Below, piece by piece: positions 1 to 8,406 of a stretch of DNA of 64,000 nucleotides. The notes below the pieces were generated by a model. It saw only the letters and a list, made by a program, of their open reading frames with translations, was not told the origin of the DNA and made no database searches. The position numbers and the translations under genes were made by a program. Each line of letters opens with the position of its first letter. Position 1 is the first letter of the stretch. This DNA comes from an uncultured Verrucomicrobia subdivision 3 bacterium (lineage in GTDB: Bacteria; Verrucomicrobiota; Verrucomicrobiia; Limisphaerales; UBA11358), in assembly GCA_903936645.1 (NCBI GenBank), contig CAIZWI010000183.1, positions 5,835 to 69,834 of the forward strand. The letters are read 5' to 3'.

Positions 1-1341
1 CCCAAAGTGGATGCCAATGGCCAGGGTGCCCGCAATCCCAACCCTCACTATGACGCCGCCGCCCGGACCGATCCGCAAAATCCCCATTACGGCGACCCAG
101 ACTTCACCGAGCCATCCTATGTGGACTATACCACGGCCGTTAAAAATTTCTTCACGCGCCGCACCATGTGGTGGGGTTACCACGACTGGGCCGGGAAACG
201 CTTCGTTGGCACCGAAGATAACTGGAGCTTCGGCCTCGACCTGGGGGATCCACGCGTGGCCAGAATGACGCCGGATGAACGGGTCTCAAAACATCTGGGC
301 CAGCATGAAGAAGCCGCCGTCACCCCCGCGCAGCATCCGTCCAGCCTGGTCGGCAAGTCCTGGACACCCGAAGCCGGTGAGCCGCCCTTGAACCAGTTTG
401 ATTTGGCTGAGCCAACCTTCGTGCCCTGGCTGGGCCGGAAGGTCGAACACCCGGAAGGTTACGGCATTTATTTCCAGCAGCGCTGGGATGAGGCCATCCA
501 AGGCAACCCCCAATTCATTTACCTCAACGATTGGAACGAATGGATCGCTGGCAAATATCCGCCGAACGGCCGTCCCACGACCCCGTTCATGCGCCGCGAC
601 AGCCCTTATTTTTTTGTGGACCAATACAACGCCGAATTCAACCGCACCCTGGGGCCGGTCAAGGGCGCCTACACGGACAATTACTACATGCAGATGGTGC
701 AAAACATCCGCCGCTACAAGGGCGTGCGGCCCGTTCCGGAACTCCACGGTCTGCATCCCATCAAGCTGGCGGCAGGCTTCGGCGGCTGGGCCGGCATCAA
801 TGTCGAATACCGCGATACCGTGGGCGACACCCTTCACCGCGATTACGACGGCTACGGTGGCTTGCATTATACGAACAACCTTGGTCGCAACGACATCATC
901 ACCAGCAAGGTCGCGGTGGATAAAAAGCACGTTTATTTTTATGTGGAAACCCAGGCTGCCCTCACCCCGCACACCGGCACGAATTGGATGTTGCTGCTGA
1001 TTGACGCCGACCAAAACCCCGCCACCGGCTGGTTTGGTTACGATTACATCATCAATCTCCGGGTGGTGAATGAACAGACCACAACCCTTGAACGTTACGC
1101 CCCCGAGGCTCCGGGCGGTCCTTGGATCGAGGTGGCCCGGCTGAATTATCGTTATCAGGGCCGGCAACTGGAACTCGCTGTGCCCCGCCGTTTGCTGGGC
1201 TTGCCAGAGGATGCGTTCGCCTTTGATTTCCATTGGTGTGACCATCCGCCGGATCTGCAAGACCCCATCTCCCTCTGCCTCGCCGGCGACAGCGCGCCAA
1301 ACCGGCGTTTCAACTACCGGTGTGTATGGCAGAAAAACTGA
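1..1341 (+). CDS. Hypothetical protein, possibly glycoside-hydrolase-like; 5' end lies outside the window
   Basis: The frame is open from nt 1 with no upstream stop; stop codon at 1339-1341. Motif FIYLNDWNEWIAGKY and a beta-rich C-terminal part (NWMLLLIDADQNPATGWFGYDY). The opposite-strand 324-aa ORF looks like a GC-rich shadow. The function call is weak. Confidence 0.55.
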   Translation, partial: PKVDANGQGARNPNPHYDAAARTDPQNPHYGDPDFTEPSYVDYTTAVKNFFTRRTMWWGYHDWAGKRFVGTEDNWSFGLDLGDPRVARMTPDERVSKHLGQHEEAAVTPAQHPSSLVGKSWTPEAGEPPLNQFDLAEPTFVPWLGRKVEHPEGYGIYFQQRWDEAIQGNPQFIYLNDWNEWIAGKYPPNGRPTTPFMRRDSPYFFVDQYNAEFNRTLGPVKGAYTDNYYMQMVQNIRRYKGVRPVPELHGLHPIKLAAGFGGWAGINVEYRDTVGDTLHRDYDGYGGLHYTNNLGRNDIITSKVAVDKKHVYFYVETQAALTPHTGTNWMLLLIDADQNPATGWFGYDYIINLRVVNEQTTTLERYAPEAPGGPWIEVARLNYRYQGRQLELAVPRRLLGLPEDAFAFDFHWCDHPPDLQDPISLCLAGDSAPNRRFNYRCVWQKN

Positions 1342-1578
1342 CGGTCACGGCCTAACTCGAACTCCTGCCCGCCTTAAGCTCTGTTCTTGGCGTTGAACCC
1401 TGTGGGGATCGAGCCAGCGAGGCGGGGGGATGACCCCGCCTGGTGGGCGTGCAAATTGGACTTGTGCAGGCTCGGAAAAATTAGCGGCAAATGGCCGCCC
1501 AATGCCCGGCCACCCAGTAAATTTAATAATGGGGGTTGTCTCCTTGTCCTGCGATAATAGGTGTGATTAATTGTCCCC

Positions 1579-4500
1579 GTGTCCCGCTCAGAGGAACCAA
1601 AGTTACAACCAGGCAAGGCATCGATTGTGCCGGCCATACCGGATCACGAAGTCCTTTGCCAAATTGGCGCGGGCGCGTATGGCGAGGTCTGGATGGCCCG
1701 GAATGCCATCGGCATGCTGCGGGCGGTCAAGCTGGTCTGGCGCAGTAACTTTAAAAGTGAGCGCCCCTATGAGCGGGAGTTTTCGGGCATGCTCAAATTC
1801 GAGCCGCTCTCCCGTTCCCACGAGGGGTTTGTGGATATTCTACAAATCGGCCGGAATAATCAGGCTGGCTATTTTTACTATGTCATGGAACTGGCCGATG
1901 ATGCCAGCCTGCCAGCCGCCCAGACCGCACCCGGCTCCAGTACGCAATTCGCCCAGCCCGGCGACACCACCCGGCTCCGGCGGGATTATCGTCCGCGCAC
2001 CTTGAGTTCCGAGGTCCGGGAGGCCGGCCGGCTGTCGCCCACTGATTGCATCCGCTATTTTCTCACCCTCGCCAACGCCCTGGATGCCCTGCATCGGGCC
2101 GGGTTGATTCACCGGGATATCAAACCCAGCAACATCATCATCGTCGGCGGGGTGGCCAAGCTGGCGGACATCGGGTTGGTGACGGCGGTGGATTCGGAAC
2201 GAAGTTTTGTGGGGACGGAGGGCTTCATTCCACCCGAGGGGCCTGGGACCCCCCAAGCGGACATCTATTCGCTCGGCAAAGTGCTGTACGAAGTGGCCAC
2301 CGGGAAGGACCGGATGGAATTTCCCTCCCTGCCTTGCGACCCGCTGACTGGTCGCACGGATGAGGAACTACTTGAATTGAATGCCGTGCTCACCCGGGCC
2401 TGTCTGCCGGACGCGCGCGAACGCTACCAAACGGCGGCGCAAATGCATGCGGATCTGGCCCTGTTGCTGAGTGGGCGCTCCGTGAAGCAAATGCGCGCGG
2501 TGCAACGGCAGTTGCGCCTGGCCTGGCGGGCGGGCCAGGCGGCCATGCTCCTGGCGCTGGTGGGCTTCGTCCTTGCCTTTTTTAATCTCAGGCAGACACG
2601 GATTGAAAAGGAGAATTTGCGGCGCTCCGAGGAATTGCGCCACCAGCGGGAGGCGGCACTGGTGGAGGCCAATCTGGCCCGTGCGAGCGCCGAGCGGTTG
2701 AGCGGCCAGGTGGGCCGGCGGCAGGCCGCGTTGACCGCCCTGACTCAAGCGGCGGAACTAGCTGGTGCCACGGTGGCTTTGCGCAGCGAGGCAGTGGCCT
2801 CCCTGGCGCTCACCGATTTGTCTCCCGAACCCGAAATCCCCGGCCCGGAGGTCGTGAGCACCGTGCAACATGCCTTGTCCCCGGATTTATCGCTCCGGGC
2901 GCTGACCACCACCAATGGCGACCTCCTGCTGCTGCGCGCGAGCGATAACGCCCAAATCGGTCGGCTGCCCGGCGATGGTCGGCTCGCCAATTGGGTCGGC
3001 CCCTTCAGTCCGGACGGGCGTCTGCTGGCCGTTTATAATGGATTTAAAGAGGTGGTGGTGCGGCGGGTGGCGGATGGTGGGGAGCTCTTGCACGTGCCGC
3101 ATGAGGCGGCCTGGGATTCCCGGTCGGATCCCGGCTGGTGGGTGGCGCGAGGCTTTAGTCCCGATAGCCGTTATTTTGCCGTGGCTCACGGGGATGCGCG
3201 GCTGAGCATTCACGACCTTGCCGCGGGCGGCATTCGCGAATTCACCCTGCCAAACGATGTCTACACCCTGGCTTGGCGGCCCGACGGGCATACCCTTGCG
3301 CTGGGCACCCACACGGTTACCAATCAAATCGTCCTGCTGGACACAATTTCCGGCCAGTGGCAGACCGTCAATCTGCCGGTGGCGCGCAAGGTGGTGGCAC
3401 TGGCGTGGGATCCCCGCGGCTTGCATTTGGCCGTCGGTGCCGGGGACACCCGCATTTACTTGTTGTCCGCCGCGCGCACCAACACAGTCTGGCGGGTTTT
3501 GCAAGGCCACCAGCAGAACGTCATCGGCATGGCATTTCATCCGGGCGGTCGGCTGCTGGTTTCCAGCAGTTCAGATAACACCACCCGGTTGTGGGATGCC
3601 ACCGCCGGACGCGAATTGGCCGAATTGCCTCGCTGGGGATGGGATTTTATATTTAGTGCCGATGGCCGCCACTTGAGTTTTTATGACGCTGAATCCGGGG
3701 CCCTCATACGTTTTACCCTCATCGATCACGTGGTGAGCCGGGAAATTCAAAACGGGTCGGACGAGAATCTCAATCAAGTGGTACTGGCTCCGGATAGTTC
3801 GTGGGTGGGGCTGGCCGGGGAAAGCGGGCTGCGGTTTTTTGACACCCAGCAAGGACGATTGCTGGCCACCCTGCCCGGTGAGACGGCGGGGGCCGTGCTT
3901 GTGAAAGGACCGGCGACCGGCGAATTTACCCTGCTCGTTGCCGGTGGGGACCACCTGAATCAGCGGCAGATTCACCAGCGCGGACCCGGGCAATGGCAAT
4001 TTGGCCCACCAGCCAGTTTGCCCGCCAGCGGCATTGGTGAGTTGGTGGATTCCATGGGGGGGGCCACTTATGGTTACCTAAGCCCCGGTTCGGGCATGGT
4101 GGTGGGCTCAACCGCGGCAGCTCCGCGGCTGATGGATGACTCGGTCCCCATCCGGCGGATGGTGTTGAGTCCGGATGGCCGGTTGGCAGCGGCCAAGGGA
4201 TTTCTCTCCAGTGGCAAAAGAGTTCGATCCTTGATCGTCTGGGACACTTCGACGGGAAAAATCATCTGGCATCAAGTTTCGCATTGGCGGGGGCCGCTCG
4301 TCTTTGCTCCGGACAGCCGGCGGCTGGCCGTCAGTTGCCAGGATGGCGTGAGTGTCTGGGATGTTCCATCCAACCGCCTTTGCTGGCAGGTGCCCAAGCC
4401 CGGGGATGCCAATTCGCTGGACTGCCTGGCCTGGTCCCCCGATGGGCGCATGCTGGCCACGACGTGCTCCATGTTTCAAACGGCGCTCATGGATGCCGAG

Positions 4501-4743
4501 ACTGGTGCCATCATAACCCGGGTGGAATATCCCCATCGCAGTCTGATTACTTCGCTGAATTTCAGTCCAGATTCCGGGTTGCTCGCCGTGGGATGTGAAT
4601 CCGGCGGAGTCCTAATCTGGAATTTGCGCGATTTGCGCCGTGAACTGGCGGCTTTAAAACTGGACTGGGATCATCCGCCAGTGGCCGCAACGGCCACCTT
4701 GCCGGGTGGGGTGCAAATCCAAATGGCGGCCGGTGGGCCTTGA
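1579..4743 (+). CDS. Membrane-spanning Ser/Thr protein kinase with C-terminal WD40 beta-propeller repeats
   Basis: Kinase motifs: G-loop GAGAYGEVW, catalytic loop HRDIKPSNIII, DFG-like DIG, GTEGFIPPE. One TM segment (AAMLLALVGFVLAFF) is followed by a coiled-coil-like stretch. Several WD40 units are present, e.g. GHQQNVIGMAFHPGGRLLVSSSSDNTTRLWD. The GTG start at 1579 is uncertain. Confidence 0.9.
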   Translation: MSRSEEPKLQPGKASIVPAIPDHEVLCQIGAGAYGEVWMARNAIGMLRAVKLVWRSNFKSERPYEREFSGMLKFEPLSRSHEGFVDILQIGRNNQAGYFYYVMELADDASLPAAQTAPGSSTQFAQPGDTTRLRRDYRPRTLSSEVREAGRLSPTDCIRYFLTLANALDALHRAGLIHRDIKPSNIIIVGGVAKLADIGLVTAVDSERSFVGTEGFIPPEGPGTPQADIYSLGKVLYEVATGKDRMEFPSLPCDPLTGRTDEELLELNAVLTRACLPDARERYQTAAQMHADLALLLSGRSVKQMRAVQRQLRLAWRAGQAAMLLALVGFVLAFFNLRQTRIEKENLRRSEELRHQREAALVEANLARASAERLSGQVGRRQAALTALTQAAELAGATVALRSEAVASLALTDLSPEPEIPGPEVVSTVQHALSPDLSLRALTTTNGDLLLLRASDNAQIGRLPGDGRLANWVGPFSPDGRLLAVYNGFKEVVVRRVADGGELLHVPHEAAWDSRSDPGWWVARGFSPDSRYFAVAHGDARLSIHDLAAGGIREFTLPNDVYTLAWRPDGHTLALGTHTVTNQIVLLDTISGQWQTVNLPVARKVVALAWDPRGLHLAVGAGDTRIYLLSAARTNTVWRVLQGHQQNVIGMAFHPGGRLLVSSSSDNTTRLWDATAGRELAELPRWGWDFIFSADGRHLSFYDAESGALIRFTLIDHVVSREIQNGSDENLNQVVLAPDSSWVGLAGESGLRFFDTQQGRLLATLPGETAGAVLVKGPATGEFTLLVAGGDHLNQRQIHQRGPGQWQFGPPASLPASGIGELVDSMGGATYGYLSPGSGMVVGSTAAAPRLMDDSVPIRRMVLSPDGRLAAAKGFLSSGKRVRSLIVWDTSTGKIIWHQVSHWRGPLVFAPDSRRLAVSCQDGVSVWDVPSNRLCWQVPKPGDANSLDCLAWSPDGRMLATTCSMFQTALMDAETGAIITRVEYPHRSLITSLNFSPDSGLLAVGCESGGVLIWNLRDLRRELAALKLDWDHPPVAATATLPGGVQIQMAAGGP

Positions 4744-4753
4744 AGGCGCGCCC

Positions 4754-5413
4754 TCACAACATCTCTTTTTCCAGCCGGCCCACCTCTTTTTTGAGCAAGG
4801 CACTTACCCGGTGCTTGGCCAGGTATACGGTCATGATGCTCACGCCCAAAGCCCGGGCCACGGCGGCGCCGGACTGGCCGCGCACCACATACATTTCAAA
4901 CATCTGAAATTGCTCCGGTCGCACCTGCGTGCGCACGCGGCCCAGGGCGGCATCCGCCAGCTGGGTGCGCCAGGCCTCATCCCACACCGCCTCCGGGGCA
5001 GAGGCATTGGCCTCGTTCTGCGTATTAATTTCCTCCGCCACCTGGGTGTCGTCGGGGTTCAATTTGCCCACCTCCCGGGCCCGGTAACGCTTGCGCAGTT
5101 GATCTGCCACCCGACGCCGGGTAATAAGCAGCAGCCAGCTTTTGAAGGAACCCCGGGCCGGATCGTAGCGAAAATTTTTAAACTCATGGGCCACGGAGAT
5201 GAGGGTTTCCTGCACGACTTCCTGGGCCTCGGCGTCCCCCAGACCGGACTTGCTGGCAAAGGCATAAATGAGCCGCCAATAAGTATCAAAGAACTCCTGC
5301 CACGAATCCTGGTTGTCCCATTGCTTCAACCGGGTCAGCAGGCTCCGGCGTGTCGGGGCCAAATCCATTGGCAGTGGCTCATTCATTTCCAGAGAATTCG
5401 CCCGAAACACCAA
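4754..5413 (-). CDS. ECF-type RNA polymerase sigma-70 family factor
   Basis: Region 2 (ETLISVAHEFKNFRYDPARGSFKSWLLLITRRRVADQLRKR) and region 4 HTH (QFQMFEMYVVRGQSGAAVARALGVSIMTVYLAKHRV). Its stop lies 10 nt from the kinase stop (convergent). Its start faces the large operon (divergent). Confidence 0.9.
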   Translation of the reverse strand: MVFRANSLEMNEPLPMDLAPTRRSLLTRLKQWDNQDSWQEFFDTYWRLIYAFASKSGLGDAEAQEVVQETLISVAHEFKNFRYDPARGSFKSWLLLITRRRVADQLRKRYRAREVGKLNPDDTQVAEEINTQNEANASAPEAVWDEAWRTQLADAALGRVRTQVRPEQFQMFEMYVVRGQSGAAVARALGVSIMTVYLAKHRVSALLKKEVGRLEKEML

Positions 5414-5445
5414 AATCTTTCAAGATATATTTACTGCCTGGCGCG

Positions 5446-5472
5446 CTGACCGGGAAATTCCCCAAGGGTCAG
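5446..5472. promoter_or_regulatory. Inverted repeat in the divergent sigma/operon promoter region
   Basis: CTGACC-N15-GGTCAG, with a nested palindrome GGGAAATTCCC at 5452-5462. It lies between the sigma start (5413) and the operon start (5584/5599). The structure is certain; the function is not established. Confidence 0.3.
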
Positions 5473-5598
5473 AATAAATTCTTCACTTATTTTGAAAGGT
5501 TTTTGCCCGGCCGGCGAATTCTCCCGATATCTGGTAAAAATCAGGCCAGAGTTGCCAGCCCCAGCGTTGGATTAAATGATTAATTGCGCACAAATTTT

Positions 5599-8370
5599 AT
5601 GATCTTGAAATCATTATGCAGCAGTCGCCCAGGCGGCAGATGGATTGCCGGTCTGGTGGCGGTAATGCTGGCGGCGGGCGTGGTTTCCGGCCAGGCCCAA
5701 TGGTTGACCCAGACCAATGTCCTCAAGCCGGGCTGGACGGCTGTTTACTTGAACGTGGATGCCTCCAGTCAAACGCTCGACAGCCTCGTGGGTTTCAATC
5801 CCGCCTGTCCCATTGACCAAATCTGGTTTTGGAAAACACTACCCAGCACGGCCCAGTACATCAGCACGCCGGCAAGTCCCCTGGCTGGCAGCAGTGAATG
5901 GCTCGCCTATTACCGCCCGGGTGCCGGCTCGGTAAGCACTTTTTTCTCCCTGGCGCCCAATACCGCCTACCTCGTGCATAATTCCGCCAGTACAAACTTT
6001 ACCTGGAAGGTGCAGGGCCAGCCCGTGGCACCGCGGTTTATTTGGGACAACACCGGCCTTAATTTCATTGGCTTTTCCACCCCAGCCGCCAGCCCGCCCA
6101 CCTTTCAAAATTTTTTGGCCCCGGCCCCGCTCCTCGCCAGTGGTGTGCAAATTTTTCAATACGCGGGTGGTCCTTTTGGCCCGCTGAACCCCGCCCCGGT
6201 ATTCTCCCTTTACACCACGCCCGTGACCCGCGGCCAGGCATTTTGGTTGAGCGACACTAACCTCAATAATACTTATTTTGGGCCTTTCACCATTACTTTG
6301 CCCACGTCCGGTGGAATCAATTATGGGGCGAATGTGGGGCAGGCAACACTGCATTTGTTGAACGTGGCCTCCAATGCCATCCAGATTTCCTTGCGTCTGC
6401 TGCCCTCGGAAGCGCCGCCCTATGGGCAGACCCCCATCATCGGTCCACCGCCCCTGCTGGTGGAGGGTGCGTTGAACTCTTCGAATCTCACCTATGGATA
6501 TACCGCGCTCGCCACCAGCAGCTCGGCTGGCGCGACCAACTTGTTTACCTGGACGCTGGCTCCCGGTGGACGGCCGGGCTCGGACGTCGCCGTGGTGCTC
6601 GGCGTCAATCGATTTGCCCTCACAAACTCCCCCGGCGCTTTTTACGCGGGCATTTTGCAGTTTACGGATTCCCTCGGTTTGTCCGAGGTAAATGTGCCCG
6701 TCTCGGCCACCGCCGCCAACAACGCCGGTTTGTGGGTGGGCAATGCGAGCGTCTCGCAGGTGGGCAGCTACCTCAAGAGTTACGCGACCAACGCGGATGG
6801 TTCTTATCTGCTCAGCGCGGTCACCAACCAGGTGTATGCCACGAATGCCCTGCCGTTCCTCACCACCAACGTAGTGATTAATAATTTTATCACCACCAAC
6901 GTCGCGATTAACTATTTCAACGTTACCAATACTGTGGTGAATACCTTCACCACCAACCGGGTGGCCATTGTTACCAATGGCTGGTTGGTTGTCACGAATC
7001 TCGCGATCAACACCTATGTGCTGACCAATCAAATCATCACCACCACCCCGACCAACCTGTATTTTGACGGCACCGCCATTGTCTGGCTGAGTTCGTTCTC
7101 GACTAACTTCTATCGCTCCACCTACGCCCTGACCAACCTCTTGGTGGCCACCAATCAAGTTGCTGCGGTTACCACCAACCGCACGCCCGTGGCGGTCACA
7201 AACCTCGCCTTTAATTTCGTATCCATTACCAACCAGGTCGTCACCAATGGCCCGTTTTTGGGCCCGGTCACGAATCTGGCCTTCAGTTTTCAGCGTTTCA
7301 CCAACTCGTTTGTGACGACCAATCTGGGCTATGTGCTGCTGGGCACGAATCTGACGGCCCTCGTCACGGCCACTAATTATCTGAGTGTCACCAATTATGC
7401 CCTCACGAATCTCACACTCAACGCCTACAGCACCACCAACCTGGTGGTCACCAACTCAGCGCTGGCGATCATCACCAATGGGCCGGCGGAAATTGTCGTG
7501 AACCCCCTGATCAATAATTACACCGTCTTTGGCAATTTGAGCCTGGCCTATAACACCAACGCCTTTGTGTTTAGCAATAATTTCGTTCTGATCTCCGGTG
7601 CCACCAATTATCTCGGCAGCACCACCAACCAGCTGGTGGCAAGCACCACGGTCACCAACAGCTCGGCCGGGACCAACTATGCAGTTTCCATTTTGACCAT
7701 TTCCACCAATGCCGCCTATCTGGTTGTCACCAACCAGTTGGTCAGCTCCTACAGCAACTATGTTGTCACTGGCATCAACACCAACCTGGGCGCGGTGCCC
7801 AACCCTTACCCCCTCTTCCTGATTGTGTTCAACGACGGCACGAATTCCTCCCTCCTGCAGCGCGTGTATTATGGTTTGCGACAGGACACCAACCTGGTCA
7901 TCGCCACCACCGAAAGCGCCCTTGATGCCTCTCATTTGGACAGCGCCCGGCGCATCTCCGCCGCGCATCTGCCGTGGACCGCTGCGAATAGCCCGATTGC
8001 CTTTACCGGCCAGCTTGGCCTGGGCGGCACGCTCACCGCCACTTTCGCGGAGGCCTATGACGACCAGCCCGCCAACCCTTTCCTCCACACTTATCATCCG
8101 GATCACAATAATCTGGACCTCACCAAGAGCCCGCCCCAGGAATTGCCGGTGGGCAGCCAGTCCTTCAATATTACCCGGCAAATCACCCTTGCGGTCGCCC
8201 CCAACACCACGGATTTTCTGAGCCTCACCAAAGGCAACACCAGTCTCGCCGGTGCTTACCAGGAAACCATTACCCTCACCGGTTTGGGCGGGGCCACCCG
8301 CACGTTTAAGACCGCCGGCACCTTTTCCCTTACGCGCGTCAGCTCCATTGCCACCCTGACCACCCAATAA
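5599..8370 (+). CDS. Exported 923-aa protein with a long Thr-Asn-rich beta-repeat region (operon gene 1)
   Basis: Signal-peptide-like start MILKSLCSSRPGGRWIAGLVAVMLAAGVVSGQA. The ORF is also open from TTG 5584. It has a central TN-dipeptide-rich region and a C-terminal motif NPFLHTYHPDHNNLD. I recognise no family. The antisense 439-aa ORF is judged a shadow. Confidence 0.8.
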   Translation: MILKSLCSSRPGGRWIAGLVAVMLAAGVVSGQAQWLTQTNVLKPGWTAVYLNVDASSQTLDSLVGFNPACPIDQIWFWKTLPSTAQYISTPASPLAGSSEWLAYYRPGAGSVSTFFSLAPNTAYLVHNSASTNFTWKVQGQPVAPRFIWDNTGLNFIGFSTPAASPPTFQNFLAPAPLLASGVQIFQYAGGPFGPLNPAPVFSLYTTPVTRGQAFWLSDTNLNNTYFGPFTITLPTSGGINYGANVGQATLHLLNVASNAIQISLRLLPSEAPPYGQTPIIGPPPLLVEGALNSSNLTYGYTALATSSSAGATNLFTWTLAPGGRPGSDVAVVLGVNRFALTNSPGAFYAGILQFTDSLGLSEVNVPVSATAANNAGLWVGNASVSQVGSYLKSYATNADGSYLLSAVTNQVYATNALPFLTTNVVINNFITTNVAINYFNVTNTVVNTFTTNRVAIVTNGWLVVTNLAINTYVLTNQIITTTPTNLYFDGTAIVWLSSFSTNFYRSTYALTNLLVATNQVAAVTTNRTPVAVTNLAFNFVSITNQVVTNGPFLGPVTNLAFSFQRFTNSFVTTNLGYVLLGTNLTALVTATNYLSVTNYALTNLTLNAYSTTNLVVTNSALAIITNGPAEIVVNPLINNYTVFGNLSLAYNTNAFVFSNNFVLISGATNYLGSTTNQLVASTTVTNSSAGTNYAVSILTISTNAAYLVVTNQLVSSYSNYVVTGINTNLGAVPNPYPLFLIVFNDGTNSSLLQRVYYGLRQDTNLVIATTESALDASHLDSARRISAAHLPWTAANSPIAFTGQLGLGGTLTATFAEAYDDQPANPFLHTYHPDHNNLDLTKSPPQELPVGSQSFNITRQITLAVAPNTTDFLSLTKGNTSLAGAYQETITLTGLGGATRTFKTAGTFSLTRVSSIATLTTQ
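6820..7790 (+). repeat. Degenerate coding repeat: hydrophobic beta-strand-like segments punctuated by Thr-Asn
   Basis: About 35 TN dipeptides by manual count in ~323 aa, e.g. LTTNVVINNFITTNVAINYFNVTNTVVNTFTTNRVAIVTNGWLVVTNLAINTYVLTN. At nucleotide level, ACCACCAAC / GTCACCAAC recur. Confidence 0.8.
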
Positions 8371-8406
8371 ATTTTAATTGAATAACCAACCCCTGCAAAC
8401 CTTGCC

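Noticed and set aside
6820-7790. Asn-codon-rich region as a diversity-generating retroelement (DGR) variable region.
   Set aside because: No reverse transcriptase, no template-repeat copy and no accessory gene are present in the window. The region is ~1 kb, far longer than DGR variable regions. The Asn residues are part of a regular TN repeat.
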